Source: Octopus sinensis (lineage: Eukaryota). From it: a stretch of 64,000 nt of DNA. Where the stretch lies: contig NC_043020.1 in assembly GCF_006345805.1 (NCBI RefSeq), positions 11,470,001 to 11,534,000 on the forward strand, written 5' to 3'. Within the stretch, counting starts at the first letter, position 1. Each line of letters begins with the position of its first letter. A program made the position numbers and the translations under genes. Shown here in pieces: positions 23,589 through 35,985 of this stretch. The notes under the pieces are model-generated. The model searched no databases. It was given only the letters and a program-made list of their open reading frames with translations, and was not told the origin of the DNA.

Positions 23589-24191
23589 TTAAACGATGAC
23601 AATAATATTCACTCAGCAGCTAGTGTAGGCACAGCCTTAGAATTCAACCTCTAGCCAAACAAGAACAGCATCATCATCATCATCATCATCATCGTCATCA
23701 TCATCATCGTCATCAATATCATCAACATTGAAAGATGGACAGATTGAAGATGAGGGGTCACAGGGTGTGGTGGGGATGGGGAGAACCCCCCCCCCCCGAA
23801 ACCTAAATTAGAAGAAAGAAAGAGAGATTATAAAGAAATAAAAGGAAGGTGTTTAAGTTATTAAGTGTGATTAAGTGCAATTATATTGTCAGAATGATCT
23901 CAAGAACTCTGGTCAGTGGAGGAGGGGGGTGCTACAAGAATGGATAGCATCATTGTGTGTTGTGTGTGTGTGTATCAGAAATACTGTTAGGTAATAGCAA
24001 TGAAGCAATTGGTGGTGGTGGTGGGTGATTAGAAGGTAAGAGATGATGAGAGGTGGAGGAGAGGTGAGAAGAGCGGCGAGGGAAAAGAGGAGAGAGAGAG
24101 AGAGGTAGGAGATGAGGAGAATGAGATGCATTTATGCAAGCACACACACACACACATACATACATGTGCATGCGTACATACGCGCATGTGT

Positions 24192-24234
<43 letters not shown>

Positions 24235-24297
24235 CAATGCTCACATTTAGAGTGATTTAATCCGTTCCTTAAGCAAACCAGCTGAATATTTATCACA

Positions 24298-24820
24298 ATA
24301 ATCATCATCATCACCATCATAACCATCATCACTACCCATTACCAGCATCCCCACTGTTGCCACTATCACCTCCACCTCAACAACCACCACCATCATCATC
24401 ATCATCATCACCACCACCACCACCACCATCATCATCATCACCATCACCACCACCACCACCACATCATCATCACCACCACTACCACCATCATCATCATCAC
24501 TACCACCATCATCATCATCACTACCACCATCATCATCATCACTACCACCATCATCACCATCATCACCACCACCACTACCACCACCACCATCATCATCATC
24601 ATCACCATCACCATCATCATCACCACTACCACCACCACCACTACCACCACCATCATCATCATCATCACCATCATCACCATCACCATCACCACCACCATCA
24701 TTATTTTCCTTTCTGGTGCAAGGTGTCTGGTAGGTCTTATATAACAACACATTTCCAACAACCAGAATACTCAGTAAAATGAATTCCCCACCACCACCAC
24801 CATCACCACCACCACCACCA
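24298..24820. repeat. (CAT/CAC)n trinucleotide microsatellite
   Basis: Continuous CAT/CAC/TAC triplets. Confidence 0.95.
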
Positions 24821-25254
24821 CAGCTGTTATTCTTTATAAGAGAAAGCCTCAATATTGTTGCTCAATCTGCTAGAAAAAGCAGCCAAAATCTCTCACATTA
24901 CACCCTGATATCGTACCAATCTGCAAAGTGGTCTACACCAGACAGATATATTGGATTAATGTGCCCCTACAATGTCTTAGGTGTGGAAATGTGAAAATGG
25001 TTGAGGCATGGGCATGGCTGTGTGGTTAGGGAGCTTGCTTCCTAGCTACGTGGTTTCGGGTTCAGTCCCACTGCGTGGCACTTTGGGTAGGTGTCTTCCA
25101 CTATAGCCCCGAGCCGACCGGAGCTTTGTGATTAAATTCGGTAGGTGGAAGTTACTGCCATGTGTGTATGTGTACGTATAGCTGCTCAGTGCCTCTCCGA
25201 AAGAGAGAGAGGGTCCTGTTTGGAATGTCTTTTATCTTATTTCTTTTTTTCTTT

Positions 25255-25457
25255 TTCATGTTTCAGTCATTTGACTGCAGCCATGCTGGAGCACCACCTT
25301 AAAGGATTTTAGTTGACGAAATTGTCCCCAGGACTTATTCTTTGTAAGCCTTGTACTTATTCTATCAGTCTCTTTTGCTAAACTGCTTAGTTACAGGGAC
25401 GTAAACACACCAACATTGGTTGTCAAGTAATAGTGGGGAGACAAACACACACATATA

Positions 25458-25528
<71 letters not shown>

Positions 25529-25900
25529 ACAGGCTTCCTTCAGTTTCCGTTCACCAAATCCATTCCAGAGGTTTTGGTTGGCCCAAGGCTATAGTAGAAG
25601 ACACTTGCCCAAGGTGCCATGCAGTAGAATTGAACTCAGAACCATGTGGTTGAGAAGCAAGCTTCTTATTTCTTTATTGCCCACAAGGGGCTAAACATAG
25701 AGGGGACAAACAAGAACAGACAAAGGGATTAAGTTGATTACATCAACCCCAGTGCGTAACTGGTACTTAATTTATCGACCCTGAAAGGATGAAAGGCAAA
25801 GTCGACCTCGGCGGAATTTGAACTCAGAATGTAATGGCAGATAAAATACTGCTAGGCATTTCACCTGGCATGCTAATGATTCTGCCAGCTTGCTGCCTTA
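25255..25900 (-). mobile_element. SINE family A (about 25255-25670) abutting a monomeric SINE family C (about 25671-25900)
   Basis: Reverse-complement matches to both family consensuses seen elsewhere in the window. Confidence 0.8.
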
Positions 25901-26439
25901 TCACACAGCCATGCCTGCACATATTAGAGTAGACTTGGGGTTAAACATTATCATCAACATCCAAGAAACATTAAGGCAAAATACACCAAAACATATCTTA
26001 CAAAACTAGATGTGAGGAGGCAAGCAGATCCTTCACAAAAACCTGCACTGCTCTATCTCCTCTCAGTTCACACATACACACACACACCATATATTGTCAT
26101 TATCATACACCTTCACACATTTTATATATGCTCTTCTACATTCAATATCTGCTTACTCTCCCTCCCACTCTCTTCTGCATTCCTCTATCTCTCCCAAATT
26201 CCATGCAAGCTGATTCTTTAACTCAGCTTGTGCAAACCTAGGCACCTCATTGCCATTATCTATCTCTTACTATTTGTTTCCTCTTTCTCTCCCCCTTCCC
26301 CTACTAGATGTGGGGAGCCAAGCAGATGCTTCACGAAAACCTGCACTGCCCTATCTCCTCTCAGTTCAATTCCCCCTCTCCCTTTAGCATTCCCACTACC
26401 ACAAGCACCACCAGGGCTCGTAGTTCCACATGGCAACCT

Positions 26440-26800
26440 CGATAGTGCAGATGGAGGCAGTGGCAGGTGGCGGTGGGTGGAGGAAGTGGCAGGTGGAGGA
26501 AGTGGTGGGTGGTGGAGGTGGCAGTGGTGGTGGTGGTGGGTGGAGGAAGTGGCGAGTGGTGGAGGCAGTGGCAGGTGGTGGATGGTGGTGGCAGTGGAGG
26601 TGTTGATGATGATAATGATGGTGATGATGATGATGACAATGATGATGGTAATGATGGAGGTGATGATGATGATGATGATGATAATGGTAACGATGAAGAT
26701 GATAATCTAATGGTAATGATGATAGTGCAGGTGATGACTATAAATGAGAATGACAATAATGATAATACTGGTCACTACGATAACGATAATGATGGTGATG
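26440..26800. repeat. (GGT/GGA)- and (GAT)-rich low-complexity tract
   Basis: Degenerate trinucleotide repeats. Confidence 0.85.
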
Positions 26801-27124
26801 GTGGCGCCGTGCCAGTAAGTGGGGGGGGGAGGAGAAGCAAAAAGGAAACAAAAACGTAAATAGGAAAATACTAACTTCACTGGAAAAAAAAAAGTTTAAA
26901 CAAAAAAAAATTGTAATTAAAAACAACAACAACAATAACAAATAAGATAATAATTAGATCCATTTAGAGAAGTAAAATATTGTAATCCGTTTAATTAATA
27001 TCTATAATATCAAATAATTAATACTCGTGCATGACAGGTGTCATTAGGAAGGTCTGCTAATGAAAATAAACTTTATTTTTTAATTAATGAGCAAACAGCT
27101 AAAGCTCTCACTTAACGGAGTAAT

Positions 27125-27217
27125 GGATGTGTGCATGTGTGTGTGTTTGTATGTCCACTTTATGTGTGTATGTTTATGTGCACTGTGTGTATATGTGTAT
27201 GTGAGTGTGTGCATGTA

Positions 27218-27253
<36 letters not shown>

Positions 27254-28235
27254 CTGCTTTATGTGTGTGTGTTTAAGTGCACTGTGTGTATATGTGTGAG
27301 TGTGTGCATGTGAGAGCATGCTTGTGTATATGTACAAGTGTGTGTGTGTGTATGCATGCATGTGTGTATGTCTGCTTTATGTGTGTGTGTGTTCAAGTGC
27401 ATTGTGTGTATGTGTGTGTGTTCAAGTGCATTGTGTGTATGTGTGTGTGTATGCCTGCTTTATGTGTGTATGTTTAAGTGCACTGTGTGTGCATGTGAGA
27501 GCATGCTCGTGTATATGTACAGGTGTATGTGTGTGTGTGTGCATGTGTGTATGTCTGCTTTAGGTGTGTGTATGTGTATTCAAGAGCATTGTGTGTATGT
27601 GTGTGCGTGTATGTCTGCTTTATGTGTGTGTGTTTATGTGTGTGTGCGTGTGAGAGCATGCTCGTGTATATGTAAAGGTGTGTGTGTGTGTGTATGCATG
27701 TGTGTATGTCTGGTTTATGTGTGTGTGTGTGTTTAAGTGCACTGTGTGTATATGTGTGTGTGTGCATGTGAGAGCATACTCGTGTGTGTATATATGCATG
27801 TGTGTATGTATGTCTGTTTTGTGTGTGTATGTGTATGAGTGTGTGTGTGCATATGCATGAGAGAGTGTGTGTAGGCATGCTTGTGCATGTGTACAGGTGT
27901 GCATGTGTATAGGTGCATGTGTACAGGTGTGTATGTGTATAGGTGCATGTGTACAGGTGCGTATGTACAGGTGTGCATGTGTATTCGTGTGCATGTGTAT
28001 TCGTGCATGTGTACAGGTGTGCATGTGTACAGGTTCATGTGTACAGGTGTGCATGTGTATAGGTGCATGTGTGCATGTGCACATGTGTATGTGTGCATGT
28101 GTACAGGTGTGCATGTGTACAGGTATACAAGTGTATAGGTGTGCATGTGTACGTGTGTACAGGTGTGCATGTGTACAGGTGTACATGTGTACAGGTGAGC
28201 ATGTGTACAGGTGTGCCTGTGTGTGTGTGCGTATG
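27125..28235. repeat. TG-based complex satellite with ~120-bp higher-order units, followed by a 14-16-bp GTGCATGTGTACAG minisatellite (about 27875-28215)
   Basis: Recurrent GTTTAAGTGCACTGTGTG...GAGAGCATGCT blocks, then GTGCATGTGTACAG units. Confidence 0.85.
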
Positions 28236-28475
28236 ACTATGGACATGAGTTTGTGTTTGTGGTTTTATGCTTTTACTAGTTTTACACATCAGTCCACGAC
28301 CAAGCTGGGGCACTGCCTTCAAAAGTTCAGTCAAACAAATCAACACTAGTACTTGTTTCTAAGTCTGGTACTAATTCCATCAATTTCTTCCTGCCAAACT
28401 GCTAAGTTACGACGACTCATAACTAAGCAGTTTGGCATTAGTTGTGGATTGATGAGAAACAAACATAGAAATGTG

Positions 28476-28762
28476 GGATCTTTTCGGTTTGAACGGCAGT
28501 TTTTTTCTAGCGGTGTCATATGAAATTGTCACCCATAATTATGACCCTAGTATCGATCTATTGCATTTCAATCTGTTCTAGGGTTAGGGTTAGGGGGGAA
28601 GGGTATCTTTTTTTCTTCACAAATGCAAGTAAAGCAAGTAAAGCCAAGTAAAGCCAAGAGAGAAAGATGTTTTATAAACACATTCTACCAGTATACGAAG
28701 TTTAAAATTTTTTAGTCACCTAGAAATTATGTTAAAAACTGCCGTTCAAACCGAAAAGATCC
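28476..28762. mobile_element. MITE with 29-bp perfect TIRs
   Basis: GGATCTTTTCGGTTTGAACGGCAGTTTTT (28476-28504) and its reverse complement (28734-28762). Internal TAGGGTTAGGGTTAGGG. No clear TSD. Confidence 0.85.
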
Positions 28763-29361
28763 AAAATATGTATACACCCACCCACATACACACACACATA
28801 CTGAAATAAATACATATGTATATAGCTTGATTCAATGGGGATCTATTGAATAGATGAAGCCATGGCTGGACAGTATGACACATCACATGATCACATGACC
28901 AAGCAGGTTATCAGTTGTTGTTACACATTGCTGGTCACAATGCATTTTGCATTGCTTTAGCTTTCAAATGATGTCACCCTGCTGGCTAGGCAAGCAGGCC
29001 AACATACCCCCCATTGATCAAGGAACAGGGGGACTGGAGCAACACGAAATGAAGTGTTTTGCTGAAGAATACCATGTACCACCCAATCAAAGAACTGAAC
29101 CCACAATCTAGTAATCACGAGTATGATACATACCAACAGATAAGGCATATCATCAGTTACCCCATTTAATTATGATATCACCTGAAGAGTTGGGAGACTC
29201 AATGTTACACATTGCATATCCTTTTGAAGTTCTCACCTCTCTATACACCTACTTGTATGCTGTTACATCGCAAAATTTCTTAATGAAAGATTTGTAGATA
29301 CAGCATAAAATCCATCCATCTATTATTATTATTATTATTATTATTATTACATGTATGCATA

Positions 29362-29892
29362 GGTGCAGGAGTGGCTGTGTGGTAAGTGGCTTGCTAATCA
29401 ACCACATGGTTCCGGGTTCAGTCCCACTGCGTGGCATCTTGGGCAAGTGTCTTCTGCTATAGCTCCGGGCCAACCAATGCCTTGTGAGTGGATTTGGTAG
29501 ACGGAAACTGAAAGAAGCCTGTCGTATATATGTATGTATGTGTTTGTCCCCCAAGCATTGCTTGACAACCGATGCTGGTGTGTTTACGTCCCCGTCACTT
29601 AGCGGTTCGGCAAAAGAGACCGATAGAAGCCTGTCGTAGATATGTATATTTATGTATATGTATGTATGTGTATGTGTTTGTGTGTATGTGTTTGTCCCCC
29701 TAGCATTGCTTGACAACCGATGCTGGTGTGTTTACGTCCCCGTCACTTAGCGGTTCGGCAAAAGAGACCGACAGAATAAGTACTGGGCTTACAAAAAGAA
29801 TAAGTCCCGGGGTCGATTTGCTCGACTGAAGGCGGTGCTCCAGCATGGCCGCAGTCAAATGACTGAAACAAGTAAAAGAGTAAAAGAGAGAA
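29362..29892 (+). mobile_element. SINE family A with internal duplication, flanked by 66/69-bp direct repeats
   Basis: Flanks 29296-29361 and 29893-29961 are near-identical. Confidence 0.85.
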
Positions 29893-29999
29893 AGATATAG
29901 CATAAAATCCATCCATCTATGATTATTATTATTATTATTATTATTATTACATGTATGCATATGTAAACATATGTATAAAGTAAGCAAGCGCTCAGCTGT

Positions 30000-30640
30000 T
30001 ATTTGCAAATGATGAATGGTTATGGAATTTGGCATCTTCTGCTGAATTAAATGCTGCATCTTAACAACAAGTTCAATCTCAGACTGCAAGGTGATTCTGA
30101 TCCGTTATGTAACAGATACCCAGCTGTGAAAGCATTTCAAAGTAAATTACAGTTTTCCACCCTCAGCAAAATAATAAATAATTTCAATCTCTTTCCATGC
30201 TGTTAAAATACAACCAACAAGAAAAAAATTCTCCACATCCTATAGAATTCGTTGAAGACATTTTCATTAGCCTTGAGGCAACAATTCCAATTGCAGCTCT
30301 TTTCTTTTTTTCTTTTTCTTTCTTATTTTTTTTCCTTATTCCCGAATGTTGATGGAAGATCTGTGAAAGCAGTAAAAAAATCTTTTGGAAATTCATTTGA
30401 CTGCATTTATCAAGGAACTTCGATCAGTTATTTCACAGAAAGTTAATAAACCAACAGTCCTGTGACATGCTAAAAGACAAGCATGAATGAAAGATTTGAT
30501 TGACTTCTGTAAATGCCCCCCATGGACTCAAAGACATACTTCTTCAAAATCTAATGCACAAGAAAATGAGTTTCGGTATTTGGTGCAACCAGTTTATATG
30601 TAATGAAAGATGTGCAGTTAACAAGTTCTCTTCGCAGCTA
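30000..30640 (+). pseudogene. Fossil hAT (SPIN/Charlie/GTF2IRD2-type) transposase C-terminal half
   Basis: Broken frames give DEWLWNLA, HLN.KFNLRLQG, VKAFQSKLQF, NNFNLFPC, KLINQQSCDMLKDK, LIDFCKC, SVFGAT. These follow the order of this family's motifs as I recall them. Confidence 0.7.
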
Positions 30641-30716
30641 CATATCTTCTGGGTTCATTCACAATGCATGGCACTTTGGACAAATGTCTTAGGCTGAAGC
30701 CCTTTGTATGTATGTA

Positions 30717-30752
<36 letters not shown>

Positions 30753-30768
30753 CACACACATATGTACA

Positions 30769-30834
<66 letters not shown>

Positions 30835-30842
30835 TATGTACA

Positions 30843-30881
<39 letters not shown>

Positions 30882-30904
30882 TTTTTTTTTGCAGCCTATT
30901 AAAA

Positions 30905-31118
30905 CCTAGCCAGGCTCATGGGCCCGGTTTCCCGGTTCCAATAGTGTATGTGTTCCCCAGCTGGATGGGATGCCAGTCCATTGCAGTGTTACTCATTTTT
31001 GCCAGCCGAGTGAACTGAAGCAACGTGAAATGAAGTGTTTTGCTCAGTCCGGGAATCGAAACCATAATCTTACGATCATGATGCTTACACCCTAACCACT
31101 AAACCACATGCCTCCACA
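30905..31118 (-). mobile_element. tRNA-derived SINE, family H
   Basis: Minus-strand tRNA-like head, CTGAGCAAAACACTTCATTTCAC body and ...ATGGACTGGCATCCCATCCAG...GGGCCCATGAGCC tail. Confidence 0.7.
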
Positions 31119-31174
31119 TATATTTATATACACCCACTACACACATTTTTTTCTCTCCTTGTTTTTTCTGTGTC

Positions 31175-31212
31175 TCTTTCTGCAGAAGAGCGTAGGCTCA
31201 AAACATAAAAGA
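31175..31212 (+). ncRNA. Degenerate family G hammerhead-like motif
   Basis: UCUUU-CUGCAGA-A-GAGC(GUAG)GCUC-AAAA-CA-UA-AAAGA. Two G->A changes at CpG sites relative to 11456-11493. Confidence 0.4.
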
Positions 31213-32060
31213 CTGTTTCTATTCCGGAGCGTTATACTAATATATCTGTTTGTTTTGCACACCATCTGTCTTCGTCTTTTGTTTCTTTCGTAAACTCTCC
31301 CTATACATATATATATATATATATATTTATTTATCTATAAAGCAGAGTTTGTGTGCATGTGCGTGCACATATGTTCCATATGCATTTGAAAACTTAGTTA
31401 CTGATTTTGACGCATGGGTGTCAAAAGACTCAGTAATCTTTCAGCTACCAAATAAATTTAAATTTCATTTACATAATTGCATTACAACAATTTAACATGA
31501 TAATCTTTTTATAAGCCAACTATTGTAAATGACATATTATACCACTACCACCATCATGACAACATCACATTTTCTATATGAGTGTGTATGTATCTGTGAG
31601 TGTGTGTGTGTGTTTGTGCATTTGTTATGTACTTTAGGCCGATGACTGAGAAGTAAATGTGTGTCAGTGTATGTGTGTATGAACATACATACATTTTTGT
31701 GATGACTGACACACACACATACACATCTAAAGAGTGAGGGAGACACATAGAGGGGCAGAAATATGCCTGAGGTGTGTGTGAATGTATGTCTCTCTCTGTC
31801 TGAGAATATGTATATGAATGTATGTCAGACTGCATGTGTGATAATTTTTATACATTACACCGCAAACAATTAAACACATACACACATCTACACATACATA
31901 TACATGTGTATGAGTGTGTATGTGTTTCCGCATTCATTATGTCTATAGTAAAGGACATTTTACACCATTTTAATGAACCCACATCTAATGAAGTAGCCAT
32001 CCTTATGGTGGGTGATCCCCATGAAAATTGTGATATTCTCATTCCTGCAGAGTTTGTGAG

Positions 32061-32096
<36 letters not shown>

Positions 32097-32107
32097 GTGT
32101 GTGTGTG

Positions 32108-32372
32108 TGGCTCATGGGCCCAGTTTCCCAGTTTCTATGGCGCATGTGTTCCCCCAGCTAGGCAGAACGCCAGTCCATCGCAGCGTTACTCAAGAAACAG
32201 GAAGAAAGAGTGAGAGAAAGTTCGGGCGAAAGAGTACAACAGGGGTCGCCACCAACCCCTGTCGGAGCCTCATGGAGCTTTAGGTGTTTTCATTCAATAA
32301 ACACACAACACCCGGTCTGGGAATCGAAACCGCGAGTCTGCTGTCCTAACCACTGGGCCATTGCGCCTCCAC
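32108..32372 (-). mobile_element. Chimeric SINE: family B head with family H tail
   Basis: Head matches 12150 family; tail GCGATGGACTGGCGTTC...GGGCCCATGAGCC matches 30905 family. Confidence 0.7.
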
Positions 32373-32385
32373 ACATATATATATA

Positions 32386-32628
32386 TATTTTTACATACAA
32401 AATTTAAAGGACTGACCACTTTGGTTTTGTGCTGAGTTTTTACTTGAGAACACATTCTTTGAGGAAAATAGCGATTTTGACATCTATATCTAGCATATTG
32501 ACCGTCCACTTTTAGTGGTCAGTCCTTTAAATTTTGTATGTAAAAAATATTTTAATCTTCGGATTTTTTTAATATGCTGGGCCACTGGTTTTAATTGATT
32601 AATATCAATTTCTACCCTTATTCAATTT

Positions 32629-32630
<2 letters not shown>
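32386..32630. mobile_element. AT-rich element with ~34-bp inverted repeats, between (TA)n tracts
   Basis: TTTTTACATACAAAATTTAAAGGACTGACCACT (to 32420) and its reverse complement from 32514. Confidence 0.6.
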
Positions 32631-32659
<29 letters not shown>

Positions 32660-32895
32660 ATTAAAGTGAGGCTGGAGCACATGTGCACAAGGCTGTGTGT
32701 ATTTGTGCACACACATGCATATATGTGTGCAAGCATGAGTCCATCTTTTTCCTCCTAAAATTAAATCATCCGATACTATATTAATTAGTAACCAAAATCA
32801 TTAATTAGCAGGCTACCACTCAGGAGGCTACCACTCAGGAGGCTACTACCATTTATTATTCACACCCCAAGTCTCTCTCTCGCACTTCTCTCTCC

Positions 32896-32931
<36 letters not shown>

Positions 32932-33807
32932 TTCTCATGTTTACCTAAGTTATGACCACAACCTCTTTTGAAAGCCAATTTTGATTTAGTTTTCCTTTTT
33001 TTTCTATAAATCCTTTTGATCAAACAAACCAGCCAGCAAGCCGGCCAGCCAGCTACACAGTCAGACAGCCAAGCAGACACACGGACAGACAAACAGACAG
33101 ACAGTTCTTCTGCTACCTAAAATTACTTGGCCAAAATCAAGCCAGTCCCTATTTATAGATTCCCTTGTCTGGGTTTAATATTAGATCGATCCCATTGATT
33201 AGCTATTTCCTTCTAATCAAATTAGTTTCTTTTTATTTTAGACCATTTCATTATTATTATTATTATGATGATTATTATTATTATTGTTATTATTATTATT
33301 ATATTTTTTAAAACATTTTTTAAAAACAAAACTGCCTTCTTGCTGCAATTAGCTAGAGAAATCAAGGTACTGCAGTGAAGACAGGATCTAGTTTGTTGTT
33401 GTTGATGTTGTTGTTGTTGCTGTTATTTTGCTTCTTTTTCTTAGTCAGTTTTCGGGTTTTCGTTGCTTTTTGTTTATAGCTTCTTTTCGCTTTTTTTTGT
33501 TTTTGTTTCTTTTTTGTTTTTTTTTTGTTTTTTTTTTTGGGGGGGGGGGTATCCACAAAGAAGAGAAAAGAGATGCAAAAAGGAAAGAGGTTTTGTTTTA
33601 CGTTGCAGTTGGTTAGTTTAGACGATAAAACACGGCAAAACAGAATTTTTTTTTTTTTTTAAGTAGTTTTATGCTTGTGTGTCAGTGTATCCAAAATTGA
33701 ATGCATGTGTGTGTATATATGTGGTGTCAAATTTTGGCATAGCGTCAGCAATTTCGGGTGGAAGAGGTAAGTAAGCTGCTTACACTGACCCCAGTGCCCA
33801 ACCGAAA

Positions 33808-34055
33808 CATCATCATCATCATCGTTTAACGTCCGCTTTCCATGCTAGCATGGGTTGGACGGTTCGACCGGGGTCTGGGAAGCCAGGAGGCTGCACCAAG
33901 CCCAGTCAGATCTGGCAGTGTTTCTACAGCTGGATGCCCTTCCTAATAACGCCAACCACTCCGTGAGTGTAGTGGGTGCTTTTTACGTGCCACCGGCACA
34001 GGTGCCAGGGGAGACTGGCGAACGGCCACGCTCAGATGGTGCTTTCTACGTGCCC
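33808..34055 (-). mobile_element. RTE-clade LINE 3' UTR fragment
   Basis: (CAT)n-CGTTTAACGTCCGCTTTCCATGCTAGC. Confidence 0.75.
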
Positions 34056-34899
34056 AAAACTGAAAAGATGAAAGGCGAAGTCAAACTCAACAGTAACTGA
34101 ACTCAAAAGGTAAATATGAAATGCCGCTGAGCATTTTGTCCAGCGTGCTAACAATTCTGCCAGCTCGCCATATTTACCTATCTATATAATACTAAAAGTC
34201 TGTGATTGCCTGCTTGTCAGTAATTTAATACAGCCAAACAGGCACATAATGGGGAAAATACTCTCAAAGTAAGGTACCCCTGAAATGTGAATACAAACGG
34301 AATGAAACAAGTTTTGCATGAAGCAGACCACGGATTCCCAAGATATGTGGGTTTTTGGGGTTTGCTTCCACAAATTTAAACAGTGAAACCTGGAGTTATT
34401 GCCCTTTACTGTGAACACCTGATAAGGAGAGGAGGGGTGAGAAGAGGAGGGGAGGAGGGAAGGATGATGATGATGATGATAGGACAGGGGGATGGCAACG
34501 AGTCCACTACTGAGTGTGATGATGGTGGTACTAAAGATGATGAGGAGGATGAAGGTGGTGGTGGTGGTGGTGGTGGTAGTAACGATGATGACAGACGCTT
34601 AAAATGATGACACACTTGTCTAACCCATGCTGATGTGGGGAAAAAAATAAAAACAAACATAAATTAATGATGAAAACACTGATGAAGATAATGATTATGG
34701 AGAGTGGGGGTGGTCATGTGGACAGATGATGGTGAAAATGATTATGATGATAATGATGGAAACACTGATGATGATGAACATTATCATCATACTGATGGTG
34801 ACCCTCATGACCAACCAACATTTGGGAGATGCTTTTACCAAACTCAATGCATGCTCGCTTTTTTTTCTTCACCAAATGAAAAAAAATGAAAAATGAAAA

Positions 34900-35310
34900 T
34901 AGGCGCAGGAGTGGCTGTGTGGTAAGTAGCTTGCTAACCAACCACATGGTTCCGGGTTCAGTCCCACTGCGTGGCATCTTGGGCAAGTGTCTTCTGCTAT
35001 AGCCCCGGGCCGACCAATGCCTTGTGAGTGGATTTGGTAGACGGAAACTGAAAGAAGCCCGTTGTATATATGTATATATATATATATATGTATGTGTGTG
35101 TATGTGTTTGTGTGTCTGTGTTTGTCCCCCTAGCATCGCGTGACAACCGATGCTGGTGTGTTTACGTCCCCGTCAATTAGCGGTTCGGCAAAAAGAGACC
35201 GATAGAATAAGTACTGGGCTTACAAAAAGAATAAGCCCCGGGGGTCGAGTTGCTCGATTAAAGGCGGTGCTCCAGCATGGCCGCAGTCAAGTGAGTGAAA
35301 CAAGTATGAG
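34900..35310 (+). mobile_element. SINE family A
   Basis: Full-length copy. Confidence 0.9.
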
Positions 35311-35549
35311 AGTAAAAGAGTATCTGGTTCAGTTCCTGTCAGCAAAAAACGAAAAATATAGACAAATGGATTAAACTAGAGTAATATACATACATATATA
35401 CATTTGTAACACATACACACACACACACACACACGTGGGTGTGCATGTGTGTGATGCAGAAATATAAACATGCATAATTTTTTATGTTATAAAAAGAGAA
35501 ATTAAATAAATCTGTCTTATTCTTCTCTTGTAAGACAGACATTTTATAT

Positions 35550-35777
35550 TACTCTTTACTCTTTACTCTTTTACTTGTTTCAGTCATTTGACTGCGGCCA
35601 TGCTGGAGCACCGCCTTTTAGTCGAGCAAATCGACCCCCGGGACTTATTCTTTGTAAGCCCAGTACTTATTCTATCGGTCTCTTTTTGCCGAACCGCTAA
35701 GTGACTGGGACGTAAACACACCAGCATCGGTTGTCAAGCAATGCTAGGGGAACAAACACAGACACACAAACACATAT

Positions 35778-35826
<49 letters not shown>

Positions 35827-35985
35827 TACGACAGGCTTCTTTCAGTTTCCGTCTACCAAATCCACTCACAAGGCATTGGTCGGCCCGGGGCTATAGCAGA
35901 AGACACTTGCCCAAGATGCCACGCAGTGGGACTGAACCCGGAACCATGTGGTTGGTTAGCAAGCTACTTACCACACAGCCACTCC
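35550..35985 (-). mobile_element. SINE family A
   Basis: Full-length antisense copy, tail-to-tail with 34900-35310. Confidence 0.9.

Noticed and set aside
26009-26370. ~62-bp direct repeat (about 26009 and 26307)
   Set aside because: An old diverged local duplication with no element ends or coding signal recognisable.
28578-28598. Interstitial telomere or chromosome-fusion scar
   Set aside because: Only about 3 TTAGGG units, and they lie inside a MITE.
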